A DNA stretch of 64,000 nt from an uncultured Candidatus Saccharibacteria bacterium (GCA_964426735.1 CAYRRP010000001.1:157226-221225); one strand, 5' to 3'; positions 1-9,926 are shown, counted from the stretch's first letter. Notes: generated from the letters alone by a model not told the origin. A program made the numbers and translations.

Positions 1-1382
1 ACGAAGATGCACCAAAAGATACAGAGTCTGCAGAGATTTGGAAAAATATTTTTGATGCGGCTGGTGTGACCGGTGAGCGTATTTATTTTATGCCTGCAAA
101 AAACAATTGGTGGAGTGCAGGAGACAACGGGCCATGTGGACCAGATACTGAAATGTTCTACGACCTTACCGGTTCTCATACATCTGGAATGACAAAGGAA
201 GAATATCTTCTTGCTGATGATAAGCAAGAAGTGGTGGAAATCTGGAATGATGTGTTTATGGAGTACCTCAAAAAAGATGGAGTGGTGGTAGGGAAGCTCG
301 CTTCACAAAATGTAGATACTGGTTCTGGTTTTGAACGTGTGACAGCTGTACTTCAGGGAAAAAATAATATTTTTGATACGGATATTTTCGATGCTGTGAT
401 GAGTGAAGCAGGGAAAATCACAAACAATCTCAAATCTCAGCGTATTATCTCAGACCATATGCGTACAGCGGTCTTTATGATTGCAGATGGTGTGGTGCCG
501 TCTAATACCGATCAAGGATATATTCTCCGTCGACTCATTCGTCGAGCAGTGTTCAATACAACCACTCGAGCGCTTTCTCGTGGTTCAATCACTTCAATTG
601 TTGAAGCACTCCTCGAAACATACAGTTCAGTATATGAAAACCTCTCTCCACAAAAAACAAAAATTATTGATGAGATTGTAAAAGAATCAGAAAAATTTGC
701 GAAGACAATTGAACAAGGAACAAAAGAGTTTGAGAAAATGGCTTCATCAGGAACTATCGACGCGTTTGTGTTATTTTCAAGTTATGGTTTTCCAATTGAT
801 ATGACTATTGAACTTGGTAAACAAAAAGGTATTGTTGTAGATGAGCAACATTTCAAAGAAGAATTCAAAAAACATCAAGAACTTTCACGTGTCGGTGCAG
901 AACAAAAATTCAAAGGCGGACTTGCTGGTACAGGTGAGATGGAAGTGAAGTATCACACTGCAACCCATCTCCTTCATCAAGCACTTCGAGATGTTCTCGG
1001 GGATACTGTTCAGCAAAAAGGATCAAATATTACCGCAGAAAGACTCCGGTTTGATTTTACCCACCCACAAAAAATGACTGATGAGGAAAAGAAAAAAGTG
1101 GAAGATATTGTAAATGAGAAAATTCAAGCGAAACTTCCAATGCAAAAAGTAGTGATGAAAAAAGAGGATGCTGAAAAGACAGGTGCACTCCACTTTTTCG
1201 GAGATAAGTATGGGGATGAAGTTTCTGTCTACTTTATCGGGGACTCTATTGACTCTGCATATTCAAAAGAATTTTGTGGAGGACCACATGTGACTAATAT
1301 TGGAGAGCTTGGAACTTTCAAGATTGCAAAAGAGGAAGCGGTTTCCGCTGGTGTTCGTCGTATTAAGGCAGTGCTGACATAG
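1..1382 (+). CDS. alaS: alanine--tRNA ligase, C-terminal portion (5' end lies upstream of window; frame is open from nt 3)
   Basis: WWSAGDNGPCGPDTEMFYD core motif, HxxxH editing-domain motif (HTATHLLHQALRDVLG), C-terminal CGGPHV; reading frame continues without stop to window start. Confidence 0.9.
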   Translation, partial: EDAPKDTESAEIWKNIFDAAGVTGERIYFMPAKNNWWSAGDNGPCGPDTEMFYDLTGSHTSGMTKEEYLLADDKQEVVEIWNDVFMEYLKKDGVVVGKLASQNVDTGSGFERVTAVLQGKNNIFDTDIFDAVMSEAGKITNNLKSQRIISDHMRTAVFMIADGVVPSNTDQGYILRRLIRRAVFNTTTRALSRGSITSIVEALLETYSSVYENLSPQKTKIIDEIVKESEKFAKTIEQGTKEFEKMASSGTIDAFVLFSSYGFPIDMTIELGKQKGIVVDEQHFKEEFKKHQELSRVGAEQKFKGGLAGTGEMEVKYHTATHLLHQALRDVLGDTVQQKGSNITAERLRFDFTHPQKMTDEEKKKVEDIVNEKIQAKLPMQKVVMKKEDAEKTGALHFFGDKYGDEVSVYFIGDSIDSAYSKEFCGGPHVTNIGELGTFKIAKEEAVSAGVRRIKAVLT

Positions 1383-1446
1383 AACTTCCATATAATGCTT
1401 GTTTTTGTACAATAATATAAAAATAAAATTGTGTTATAATAAATAA

Positions 1447-2637
1447 ATGTTATTTCGCTCATCTCATACACAAGGGGATATTTGTCTCATTCTTGATCTT
1501 GGCAATGCATCACTTGCAGGGTCATTGGTTTCTTTGAATACAGGAGTGCCTCCTGAGGCGTTGGCGACAGTTCGTCTTCCGCTTCATATCAGTATGCATG
1601 CTCATCCTGAAAAGCTTCAAGCCACGCTACTTTCTCAACTTGAAGAGGTGCTCCGTATCCTCCATGAGACTCACGTATCTCGTGGAGGCGTACGTATTAC
1701 AAAAGTGCTTTGTGTATGTGCATCTCCGTGGTATGTATCACGTACCAAACATATCACTATCACCAACGAAAAACCATTTTTTATTACAAAAAAGTTTCTT
1801 GATGATGTACTTCAAAAAGAAGTGGATGTATTTAGTGAAGAGCTGTCTCGTGGAGAACACGGCGAAGAATTTACCGCTGGTGTGATTGTAATGGAAAAGA
1901 CAATCGCCGATGCAAGAATAAATGGATACACTATCGATAATCCAATAGGGCAAAAAACAAATTCATGCAATATGACACTGTATCTCGGTGTTGGCTCAAA
2001 AGAACTCACCGAGCGGATAACAAACCAGATCCATGCATGCTTTCATGTAGATAGTGCTGATATACTCTGGCATTCATTTCCGTTGGTGGCTCATACGACA
2101 CTGTACACACTCTATCCTCATGAAAAAGATTATGTGCTATGTGATATTACGGGAGAGGTGACTGATATTACATTAGTCCATGATGGTGTGATTGGAAACA
2201 CAGTATCATTTCCTTCAGGTAAATTTTTTCTGATTCGCAAAATCGCACGTGCAATGAATGTTCCTACTGAGGTTGCAGAATCATTCCTTCATATGTGGCA
2301 ATCAGGTGACGCTGATGCACAAAGTGCCCAATCTATAGAACAAAGCATCACTGACGCAGAAAAAGAATGGGCAATCTATCTTGAGGATGCACTTGCTTCA
2401 TATGGTGCTATTGGTACATTACCGTACAAAATATTTCTTACCGCAGACAATGATGTCGCACCTCTCTTTATTAATTTTTTAAAAACAGAAAAAACAGATA
2501 CAACTGCTGTGTGGAGAAAGAATCTATCCGTCGTGTATATCTCAAAAGACATACTGACACCGTTTTATACATCAGGATCAGCACTGACGTTTGATGATTG
2601 TATTGCAATTGATTCGATTTTCCTGTCACGGTTCTAA
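1447..2637 (+). CDS. actin-like (ASKHA superfamily) ATPase, FtsA/PilM/Ppx-like; exact family unresolved
   Basis: N-terminal ILDLGNASLAG phosphate-1 like motif and later LCDITGEVTDITLV resembling DIGGGTTD of FtsA/PilM. Confidence 0.4.
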   Translation: MLFRSSHTQGDICLILDLGNASLAGSLVSLNTGVPPEALATVRLPLHISMHAHPEKLQATLLSQLEEVLRILHETHVSRGGVRITKVLCVCASPWYVSRTKHITITNEKPFFITKKFLDDVLQKEVDVFSEELSRGEHGEEFTAGVIVMEKTIADARINGYTIDNPIGQKTNSCNMTLYLGVGSKELTERITNQIHACFHVDSADILWHSFPLVAHTTLYTLYPHEKDYVLCDITGEVTDITLVHDGVIGNTVSFPSGKFFLIRKIARAMNVPTEVAESFLHMWQSGDADAQSAQSIEQSITDAEKEWAIYLEDALASYGAIGTLPYKIFLTADNDVAPLFINFLKTEKTDTTAVWRKNLSVVYISKDILTPFYTSGSALTFDDCIAIDSIFLSRF

Positions 2638-2701
2638 GTTATCCATTGCATTATGCAATATGTTATTGGTATGATACATAGCAAGAATAAGTACAAAACC
2701 T

Positions 2702-4111
2702 ATGAAGAAAAATATCGTACAAGATGTTGTGTTTCCAAAACGTTCTATACGAGACGTTGCACTTCCTTCGCGTAGAAAAGAAGCGACCCCTGCCGCACGT
2801 CCACAACCAAAGATTGTTCGACAAGATGTCTCTCATCAAGAAGAACCAAAAGAGGTTGTGAATGATTATGCATCTGCACCAGGCGAAATGCGTACACCTC
2901 CACATACACCACGTGCATCATATGCATTTGATTACAACAACACTCCACTTCCACACAAAGAATCAAAAATAGGTCTCTGGGCTTCTCTCGCTCTATTTAT
3001 TATTGCGCTTGGATTTGGTGTCTCTGCTTTATTTGTATCAGCTGAGGTTACCGTAGTTTCAAAAACAAAAGTTGTTCCTGTAAATGCACCATTAAATGCT
3101 TCAAAGGATAGACCAAGTGGTGAGTTTGGATACCAAGTTGTTTCCGTATCATCGACAGTGACAAAAACTGTTCCAGCAGGTGCATCTGCAAAAGTCGATA
3201 AAAAAGCAACTGGTACGATTATTGTATATAACAATGCAAGTGATGAGCCTCAAAAATTGATTGCAAACACTCGTTTTGAAACAGCGGACGGCAAAGTATT
3301 TCGTATTGCAAACCCAATCTCTATTCCAGGAAGAAAAACAGAAAATGGCAAGAAAGTACCTGGAAGCGTTGAGGTACTCGTTACTGCTGACCAGGCAGGG
3401 GAAAGTTACAACATGGATGTAGTAGAGTTTACTGTACCAGGTTTAAAAGGAGACCCACGATTCACGACAATCTACGCTCGATCTAAAACACCAATGACCG
3501 GAGGATTTTCTGGTGAAATGAAAGTTGTTGACCCTGCATTAGAAAAGACTACTCGCACAGAGCTAGAAAACTCATTAAAAACAAAACTTAAAAGCGATAT
3601 ACTTTCTCAGATTCCTGTCAATTTCATCTTATTTGATGATGGTATTTCATATACTACAGATGCATTATCACAGAAAAATACCGACAAAGCAGATGAAGTG
3701 TCACTTGAGCTCAAAGGTTCTGCTCATGCAGTAATATTTGATAAGGCATTATTGTCTAAAGCTATTCTCGATATGTATGCTGATTCTATCGCAGCAGAAG
3801 GACAAACACTCTCTATTACAAATTTGCAAGATCTTTCTTTTGTTCTTACAGGAAACACAAAGATTAGCCAATCTCTTACCACACCGATTACATTTACTGT
3901 TACAGGAGATGCTCAAGTAGAGTGGTTATTTGACGAATCAATGCTTAAAAATGACTTGCTTGGTATAAAAAAGACTGATGTTTCAAGCCTTTTACAGGCA
4001 AAATACCCATCAATTGAAAGCGCTCGTGTAAAGATTAGACCTTTATGGAAACGCTCATTTCCTGTCGATGAAAGCGAGGTAACTATCATTAAACAACCCC
4101 TTAAAAACTAA
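2702..4111 (+). CDS. hypothetical bitopic membrane protein (about 90-aa cytoplasmic N-terminus, one TM, large extracytoplasmic domain)
   Basis: long ORF, hydrophobic segment IGLWASLALFIIALGFGVSALFVSA; follows the actin-like ATPase gene. Confidence 0.4.
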   Translation: MKKNIVQDVVFPKRSIRDVALPSRRKEATPAARPQPKIVRQDVSHQEEPKEVVNDYASAPGEMRTPPHTPRASYAFDYNNTPLPHKESKIGLWASLALFIIALGFGVSALFVSAEVTVVSKTKVVPVNAPLNASKDRPSGEFGYQVVSVSSTVTKTVPAGASAKVDKKATGTIIVYNNASDEPQKLIANTRFETADGKVFRIANPISIPGRKTENGKKVPGSVEVLVTADQAGESYNMDVVEFTVPGLKGDPRFTTIYARSKTPMTGGFSGEMKVVDPALEKTTRTELENSLKTKLKSDILSQIPVNFILFDDGISYTTDALSQKNTDKADEVSLELKGSAHAVIFDKALLSKAILDMYADSIAAEGQTLSITNLQDLSFVLTGNTKISQSLTTPITFTVTGDAQVEWLFDESMLKNDLLGIKKTDVSSLLQAKYPSIESARVKIRPLWKRSFPVDESEVTIIKQPLKN

Positions 4112-4178
4112 GGTGGATACCCCCTGTTGACTTAAGTGGCTATCTTCTGCTACAATACTACCCATTGATTGAAAAGTA

Positions 4179-4400
4179 ATGCACAACCAAGAAAAAAAGG
4201 ATCTTAGTGTTTCAGGTGTCGTTGTTGAGGCTCTGCCAAATACTTTTTTTAGAGTACGGAGAGATGATACCGGCGAAGAGATGCTCACATATCTATCGGG
4301 TAAGATGCGTCTGCATCGAATCCGAGTTTTGGTGGGTGATAAGGTGGTAGTTGAGCTTGAACCATATGGTGGTAAAGGCCGTATCACTAAGCGGACATAA
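4179..4400 (+). CDS. infA: translation initiation factor IF-1
   Basis: LPNTFFRV...[23 protein letters not shown] matches IF-1 S1-like fold consensus. Confidence 0.9.
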   Translation: MHNQEKKDLSVSGVVVEALPNTFFRVRRDDTGEEMLTYLSGKMRLHRIRVLVGDKVVVELEPYGGKGRITKRT

Positions 4401-4418
4401 TTTTTAATAATATTTACC

Positions 4419-4535
4419 ATGAAAGTCAAAGCATCAGTAAAAAAGCGATGTGCTCACTGCCAAGTTGTCCGAAGAAAGGGCTATGTGTATGTGGTGTGCA
4501 AAGCAAATGCTCGACATAAACAACGACAAGGATAA
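4419..4535 (+). CDS. rpmJ: 50S ribosomal protein L36 (not in supplied ORF track)
   Basis: translates to [38 protein letters not shown], the canonical L36 Zn-ribbon sequence; sits between infA and rpsM as in the conserved cluster. Confidence 0.85.
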   Translation: MKVKASVKKRCAHCQVVRRKGYVYVVCKANARHKQRQG

Positions 4536-4540
4536 TTTTT

Positions 4541-4921
4541 ATGCGTATACTCGGTATTACAATTCCAGATGAAAAACGACTCGAAGTAGGACTTACGGTA
4601 CTTTATGGTATCGGACGACCTCTTGCAAAAACTATCCTTGCAAAAGCAAAGGTTGATTTTGGTACAAAAGCAAAAGATTTGACTGTTGAACAAGAAAACG
4701 CTATTCGAAAGGAAGTTGAAGCGAATAAAATCGAAGGAGATCTCAAACGAGAAGTTGCTTCAAATATCAAACGACTCAAGGATATCAAAGCATATCGAGG
4801 CTCACGACATCAACGAGGACTTCCATCACGTGGACAGAGAACAAAGACAAACTCTCGAACACGACGAGGAAACGTACGAAAGACTATGGGTACTGGACGC
4901 CGAGCAGCAGATAAGAAATAA
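4541..4921 (+). CDS. rpsM: 30S ribosomal protein S13
   Basis: [33 protein letters not shown]... strong S13 similarity. Confidence 0.95.
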   Translation: MRILGITIPDEKRLEVGLTVLYGIGRPLAKTILAKAKVDFGTKAKDLTVEQENAIRKEVEANKIEGDLKREVASNIKRLKDIKAYRGSRHQRGLPSRGQRTKTNSRTRRGNVRKTMGTGRRAADKK

Positions 4922-4925
4922 AAAA

Positions 4926-5357
4926 ATGGGAAAGAAAAAAATCGCAACAGCAAAAGATAACGGAGGAGATGGAGCAAAAGCTTCGAATGTTCCTGCTGTA
5001 TCAAAAAAGAAAGTTGATGTTGGTCAGCTTCATGTACAGTCAACATACAACAACACAATTCTCGTGTTGAGTGATGCAAAAGGTAATGTTCTTGCACAAT
5101 CTTCATCAGGAGCACTTGGTTTCAAAGGTGCAAAAAAAGGAACTCCTTTTGCTGCAGCGAAAGTAGGTGAAATTCTAGGAGCTAAAGCTTCTGTTATGGG
5201 CATGAAAGAGGTTGCTGTGGTTGTAAAAGGTGTAGGATCTGGACGAGAATCAAGTATTCGAGGGTTTATTTCAAAAGGTATTACTATTACATCAATCAAA
5301 GATGTAACTCCAGTACCACACAATGGGCCAAAAGCTAAAAAGCCACGACGAGTGTAG
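4926..5357 (+). CDS. rpsK: 30S ribosomal protein S11 (start at ATG 4926, not the upstream in-frame 4686)
   Basis: QSTYNNTILVLSDAKGNVLAQSSSGALGFKGAKKGTPFAA matches S11; the upstream extension overlaps rpsM in another frame. Confidence 0.95.
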   Translation: MGKKKIATAKDNGGDGAKASNVPAVSKKKVDVGQLHVQSTYNNTILVLSDAKGNVLAQSSSGALGFKGAKKGTPFAAAKVGEILGAKASVMGMKEVAVVVKGVGSGRESSIRGFISKGITITSIKDVTPVPHNGPKAKKPRRV

Positions 5358-5435
5358 CGAGATGAAAGAAACAAGATTAAAGAATCAGAGAAATCTCATT
5401 CATTAATCTTCAATCATTAATCAAAAATCAAAAAT

Positions 5436-6047
5436 ATGATAACCGGACCAAAATACAAAATAGCACGAAAACTTGGAGCTCCAGTGTTTGAAAAAACACA
5501 GACTCAGAAATACGCTCAACACCTTGAGCGTAAATCTCGTGTTAAAAAGAGTTTTGCTAAACCAAAATCAGAATACGCTTTTCAGCATAATGAAAAACAA
5601 AAAGCTCGAATGGTATACGGTATTTCAGAAAAACAATTTGCTAACTACGTAAAGTCTGCAGTTGAGAAAAAAGCATCTCGTGCAGTAAGTGCTATTTACG
5701 AATCTCTTGAACTTCGACTTGATAATGCAGTTGCTCGACTCGGGTTTGCACCCACACGCTTGGCTGCACGACAGATGGTATCTCATGGACATATTACAGT
5801 AAATGGTACAAAAGTTACTATTCCTTCATACAAACTTTCTTTAGGGGATGTGATTGGTGTCCGAAAAGGTAGCCTTGAAAAACCTTTGTTTGCCACATTC
5901 GAAGAACGCTTCAAAACAATCACTGTACCAGCATGGCTTGGATTTGATTTTTCTACAAAAACCGCAACTGTTCAGGGTATGCCTAAAATGGAAGGAGGGA
6001 ATGCATTGTTTGATCTTGGTGCAGTAGTTGAGTTTTATAGTCGATAA
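5436..6047 (+). CDS. rpsD: 30S ribosomal protein S4
   Basis: RLDNAVARLGFAPTRLAARQMVSHGHITVNG S4 domain. Confidence 0.95.
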   Translation: MITGPKYKIARKLGAPVFEKTQTQKYAQHLERKSRVKKSFAKPKSEYAFQHNEKQKARMVYGISEKQFANYVKSAVEKKASRAVSAIYESLELRLDNAVARLGFAPTRLAARQMVSHGHITVNGTKVTIPSYKLSLGDVIGVRKGSLEKPLFATFEERFKTITVPAWLGFDFSTKTATVQGMPKMEGGNALFDLGAVVEFYSR

Positions 6048-6062
6048 TACGGAAATATACGG

Positions 6063-6090
6063 TTGAAAATTTATATAAATAATGTATAAT
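6063..6090 (+). promoter_or_regulatory. sigma70-like promoter TTGAAA-N16-TATAAT inside the r-protein cluster, upstream of rpoA
   Basis: hexamers read directly at 6063-6068 and 6085-6090. Confidence 0.4.
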
Positions 6091-6118
6091 TTATAAACCA
6101 ATTTTTTAATAAATCATT

Positions 6119-7084
6119 ATGTCTGATTACACAATAGTATTACCATCAAAACCACGAATCGTCTCAGAAGAGAAGTTTTCTGGTGTATATGAAATCGACG
6201 GTCTTTACCCAGGTTACGGACACACACTCGGTAACTCACTTCGACGTATTATCCTCTCATCACTACCTGGTGCAGCGATTACTTCTGTAAAAATTGCAGG
6301 CGCTCCACATGAATTTTCAGTACTCACTGGTGTAAAAGAGGATGTAATCACTATTCTTCTTAACCTCAAGCAGGTACGAATGGCTATTGCATCATCTGAA
6401 CCACAGGTAGTTACTCTCAAAGTAAAAGGTGTAAAAAATGTAACCGCAGCTGATATCAAAGTATCTGGCCAGGTAGAAATCCTTAACCCAGAACAACCAA
6501 TCGCTACACTTACTGACAAGAGTTCAGAGCTCGATATCGAAATTGTAGTTGAAAAAGGTCTCGGTTTCGTAACTAAAGATGTTCGAGAAAAGAATCGAGT
6601 TGATATCGGTTCAATAGCTCTTGATGCTATCTTTACACCGATTCGACGTGTAAGTTACGAAGTAGAAAACATGCGAGTAGGTGATCGAACAGACTTCAAC
6701 CGACTTCGAATTGCGATTTCAACAGACGGAACACTTTCTCCGAAAGAAGCGCTTGAGCGATCAATTGAAATCATGATTAACCAACTTAAAGCTATTGTTG
6801 GTTTCAAAGAAGAGGAAGAAATGCCTCTCTCTAAGAATGTTGCTCTTGATGAAACAACATCAGCATCATCAAAAGAAGAAGATGAAGATTTTCTAAAAAC
6901 AAGAATTGAAAATCTTGATCTCTCAGTGCGAACACTTAACGCACTTTCAAATGCAAATATTCGAACAGTAGGAGGTCTTGCTCGAAAGAAAGAGTCTGAT
7001 ATTCTCGATATTGAAGGTATGGGTGCAAAAGGAGTGTCAGAAATCAAAAAAGCACTTGCGGAGCATGGCATCACGCTTAAATAG
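6119..7084 (+). CDS. rpoA: DNA-directed RNA polymerase subunit alpha
   Basis: N-terminal LRRIILSSLPG alpha-NTD and C-terminal SVRTLNALSNANIRTVGGL alpha-CTD. Confidence 0.95.
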   Translation: MSDYTIVLPSKPRIVSEEKFSGVYEIDGLYPGYGHTLGNSLRRIILSSLPGAAITSVKIAGAPHEFSVLTGVKEDVITILLNLKQVRMAIASSEPQVVTLKVKGVKNVTAADIKVSGQVEILNPEQPIATLTDKSSELDIEIVVEKGLGFVTKDVREKNRVDIGSIALDAIFTPIRRVSYEVENMRVGDRTDFNRLRIAISTDGTLSPKEALERSIEIMINQLKAIVGFKEEEEMPLSKNVALDETTSASSKEEDEDFLKTRIENLDLSVRTLNALSNANIRTVGGLARKKESDILDIEGMGAKGVSEIKKALAEHGITLK

Positions 7085-7101
7085 TCACTAGAAATAATAC
7101 A

Positions 7102-7449
7102 ATGAACCACCACAAAGCAAACAGAAAATTCGGACGAGTTACAAAGGTACGAAACGCACTCATGAAGTCGCTCGCACGCTCTTTGGTGTTGGAAGGTAAA
7201 ATCAAGACTACTGATGCAAAAGCTCGAGAACTTCGACCGATGGCTGAAAAACTTATTACAACTGGAAAACTTGGAACACTTGCTTCACGCCGAACACTTG
7301 TATCTCGAGTAGGAGTTGATGCTGCAGAAAAATTGGTAAAAGAAGTGTCTCCTCGATACTCTTCTCGAGCAGGAGGATATACTCGTATTACAAAGTTGCC
7401 AAGACGCGCAGGTGATGGTAGTCTAATGGCGTATATCGAATTAGTATAA
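7102..7449 (+). CDS. rplQ: 50S ribosomal protein L17
   Basis: SRAGGYTRITKL...GDGSLMAYIELV matches L17 C-terminus. Confidence 0.95.
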   Translation: MNHHKANRKFGRVTKVRNALMKSLARSLVLEGKIKTTDAKARELRPMAEKLITTGKLGTLASRRTLVSRVGVDAAEKLVKEVSPRYSSRAGGYTRITKLPRRAGDGSLMAYIELV

Positions 7450-7453
7450 ACCT

Positions 7454-7798
7454 ATGAAATACACACTCGACGCAGAAAACAAAAAACTCGGACGAATTGC
7501 AACAGAAATTGCAGTGCTTTTGATGGGTAAAAACAAAATCGACTTCGCTCGAAATGATATGCCTGAAACACAGGTTGAAGTAAAAAACGCATCAAAACTT
7601 TCTATTACAGATAAAAAAGCAGAACAAACTGTATATAAAACTTATTCAGGATATCCAGGTGGTCTTACTGTTAAGCCTCTTTCAAAGATTGCAGAACAGC
7701 GGGGATATGCAGAAGCGCTTCGACGAACAGTTTCTGGAATGCTTCCAAAAAACAAACTTCGAGCACGAATGCTTAAGAACCTAACAATAACCGAATAG
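7454..7798 (+). CDS. rplM: 50S ribosomal protein L13
   Basis: KLGRIATEIAVLLMGK...YSGYPGGL...SGMLPKNKL matches L13. Confidence 0.9.
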   Translation: MKYTLDAENKKLGRIATEIAVLLMGKNKIDFARNDMPETQVEVKNASKLSITDKKAEQTVYKTYSGYPGGLTVKPLSKIAEQRGYAEALRRTVSGMLPKNKLRARMLKNLTITE

Positions 7799-7802
7799 AA
7801 TT

Positions 7803-8207
7803 ATGGAAGATACAAAATCAGCAAAATACGTAGAGGCAGTAGGACGACGCAAAACAGCAGTTGCGCGTGTTCGACTTACACCTGCATCTAAAAACTCATT
7901 CCAGATCAATGAAAAAGATCTTGAATCGTATTTTCCTACAGAAGAGATGCGACTTATTGTAACTTCTGCAGTAAAAGAAGCAAAAGCGGGAACATACAAA
8001 GTATCTGCAAAGCTTATCGGCGGAGGTATCCACGCTCAGTCAGAAGCGCTTCGACACGCCATCTCACGAGCTTTGGTAAAAGAAGATCCACATACTCGAA
8101 CAACTCTTAAAAAAGCAGGAATGCTCAAACGAGATCCACGAGCTAAAGAACGACGTAAATTCGGTCTCAAAAAAGCTCGAAAAGCTCCTCAGTGGAGTAA
8201 GCGATAA
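7803..8207 (+). CDS. rpsI: 30S ribosomal protein S9
   Basis: GRRKTAVARVRL...GGGIHAQSEALRHAISRAL...KAPQWSKR. Confidence 0.95.
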   Translation: MEDTKSAKYVEAVGRRKTAVARVRLTPASKNSFQINEKDLESYFPTEEMRLIVTSAVKEAKAGTYKVSAKLIGGGIHAQSEALRHAISRALVKEDPHTRTTLKKAGMLKRDPRAKERRKFGLKKARKAPQWSKR

Positions 8208-8213
8208 AACAAA

Positions 8214-8239
8214 GAACTCCCGAAAGGGAGTTTTTGTTT
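8214..8239 (+). terminator. rho-independent terminator after rpsI (ACTCCCgaaaGGGAGT plus T-run)
   Basis: hairpin plus TTTTTGTTT read in sequence; near-identical hairpin re-used at 22240. Confidence 0.6.
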
Positions 8240-8339
8240 ATGCAACCTTCTATAAAATAACTTGACAAGTATAATAATATAATGTACCATATATAAGAGT
8301 AAGGTTCTTTGAACCTACAACATAACGAAGGAGCTGTGT

Positions 8340-8615
8340 ATGCGATACGAACAGGTGTATGATAAAGCTTTTGTAAGTGAACAAATTAGCGAAAGTGTTG
8401 TAGTTACGAGAAGATCCCTTGTAGACGAGTTGATGGCTCAAATTTGGGGTAAGTGGGTCCCTGGTGCAAGCATTGAATTTGAGCACAACTTTATAAGCAC
8501 CTATGACTTTAGAGACTCGACAGTAGAGTCTGTGGTTGCTGAGTTTACTGAAAAAGGTTGGTCTATTTCAGTTGAACGACTTGGACGCAGTAATTTCAGG
8601 TTCCTTGTAGCGTAG
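8340..8615 (+). CDS. hypothetical protein (91 aa)
   Basis: ORF with AAGGAG SD 7 nt upstream of ATG; promoter-like TTGACA/TATAAT at about 8263-8285; terminator hairpin 8714-8740. Confidence 0.45.
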   Translation: MRYEQVYDKAFVSEQISESVVVTRRSLVDELMAQIWGKWVPGASIEFEHNFISTYDFRDSTVESVVAEFTEKGWSISVERLGRSNFRFLVA

Positions 8616-8713
8616 TTTGTTTTTGCTTTCTTAGCTAGAAAGCGTTGTACTGGTGTAGTAAATGTGTGCCTCTGTGATAACTCACAGAAAAAGGTTTTCG
8701 GACCAAAAAGCAG

Positions 8714-8740
8714 GTCGTCCAACGGACGACTTTTTCTTTT
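8714..8740 (+). terminator. rho-independent terminator (GTCGTCCaacGGACGAC plus T10)
   Basis: read in sequence. Confidence 0.55.
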
Positions 8741-8820
8741 GTCCAATAATTTCATAATTAATTTTGCCGGAGACAGCAGGGTCTTTGATTTTATAAAAAT
8801 TTCGAGTATAATCCACTCGT

Positions 8821-9459
8821 ATGAATGACGACCAACTAAAAAAAGATTTAGAAGAATCACTTGAGGGTGAAGAAAAAGTGTCAAGGACAGTCCTTGACAC
8901 TAATGAATCTACTGAAGAAGTGGATGATGTTGTGTTTGAAGATAACACCGAAGTGACCGGTGCTGATTTTAATAAAAAATATAATGCTCTGAAGGGAAAA
9001 GTAAAAGAGCTTGAAGCGAAAGCCACAGAATACCTCAATGGTTGGCAGCGAGATAAAGCGGATTTTCTTAACCTCAGAAAAAAAGACGAAGAAGCTAAAA
9101 AGCAGGTAGCTTCATTTGCTAAAGAAGATTTAATCAATGAACTCATCCCGGTACTCGACAGTTTTGAGTCTGCAATGAAAAATAAAGAAGTTTGGGCAAA
9201 AGTGGATTCAAACTGGAGGGTAGGGGTGGAGTATATCGCATCTCAGCTCAACCAAACCCTTGAAAACAACGGTCTGAAGAAGGTGTATCCTTTGGGACAA
9301 ACCTTTGATCATACTCGTGACGAGGCTATCGAAATGCTCCCTACAGAGGATGAGAGTAAGGATGGGGTAGTGTTGGAAGTGGTCCAAACTGGCTACATGT
9401 TTGGTGACCGCCTCGTGAGACCACCAAAGGTTCGTGTTGGAGAATACAAAAAGGATTAA
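8821..9459 (+). CDS. grpE: nucleotide exchange factor GrpE
   Basis: GWQRDKADFLNLRKK and downstream GrpE dimerisation/β-domain pattern. Confidence 0.9.
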   Translation: MNDDQLKKDLEESLEGEEKVSRTVLDTNESTEEVDDVVFEDNTEVTGADFNKKYNALKGKVKELEAKATEYLNGWQRDKADFLNLRKKDEEAKKQVASFAKEDLINELIPVLDSFESAMKNKEVWAKVDSNWRVGVEYIASQLNQTLENNGLKKVYPLGQTFDHTRDEAIEMLPTEDESKDGVVLEVVQTGYMFGDRLVRPPKVRVGEYKKD

Positions 9460-9491
9460 GGTAGTAGAATTAAGAATAATAGTAATTGGTG

Positions 9492-9561
9492 TTTACATAG
9501 GGTACCCCTATGTAAACAATGTTTGTATAAGAGATGGATACATAGGGGTACCCTATGTAAA
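9492..9561. repeat. inverted pair of a 21-bp REP-like palindrome (TACATAGGG-TACC-CCTATGTA at 9494-9514 and 9539-9559), 24-bp spacer
   Basis: read directly; each copy is a near-perfect palindrome with a GGG/GGGG asymmetry, the two copies are reverse complements of each other. Confidence 0.8.
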
Positions 9562-9573
9562 GAAAAGTTAAAG

Positions 9574-9597
9574 CCAGAGACCCTCGAAGGTCTCTGG
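9574..9597 (-). terminator. hairpin CCAGAGACCctcgaaGGTCTCTGG, followed by a T-rich tract on the minus strand
   Basis: read in sequence; lies just downstream (minus sense) of ORF 9611-9871. Confidence 0.4.
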
Positions 9598-9610
9598 CGG
9601 TGGAACTGTT

Positions 9611-9871
9611 TTAGTGGCAAGTGTTAGCCCAATTCGCTATAGAGCGAAGGGTTTTCTGGAATGTTAGACTTTGGTATGGAGTAGACATCTCGGGGTCAAA
9701 GAGCAAAAACAGCTCATTGATGTCTTGATTGAGTTCACTTACTTGATCACTGTCCATATGCGCATCTGCGTTGATTCTTCTTGCGAGGATCAATCGAACA
9801 GTCTTTTCATCAATGTTTACTTCTTTTGATGTATCCCTGAGGATATCACGAACATTGTATTTGATAATCAT
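9611..9871 (-). CDS. hypothetical small protein (86 aa), possible helix-turn-helix (SKEVNIDEKTVRLILARRI); divergent from dnaK
   Basis: ORF between grpE and dnaK on opposite strand, bracketed by palindromic repeats; own terminator. Confidence 0.35.
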   Translation of the reverse strand: MIIKYNVRDILRDTSKEVNIDEKTVRLILARRINADAHMDSDQVSELNQDINELFLLFDPEMSTPYQSLTFQKTLRSIANWANTCH

Positions 9872-9926
9872 TCTAACAGTGAAGTTACTCTATAAAAATA
9901 GATTTGTCAAAACAAATGGTTATATA

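Noticed and set aside
481-2009. Short ORFs nested in alaS and in the ATPase gene (481-681, 1229-1471, 1598-1885, 1738-1953, 1812-2009)
   Set aside because: Overlap well-supported longer genes in other frames; no signals.
4686-5357. Upstream-extended starts from the ORF track (rpsK at 4686, dnaJ at 12178, gltX at 43684, secreted protein at GTG 14269)
   Set aside because: Extensions overlap upstream genes or regulatory repeats and lack homology. Conserved N-termini begin at 4926, 12286, 43600 and 14278 respectively.
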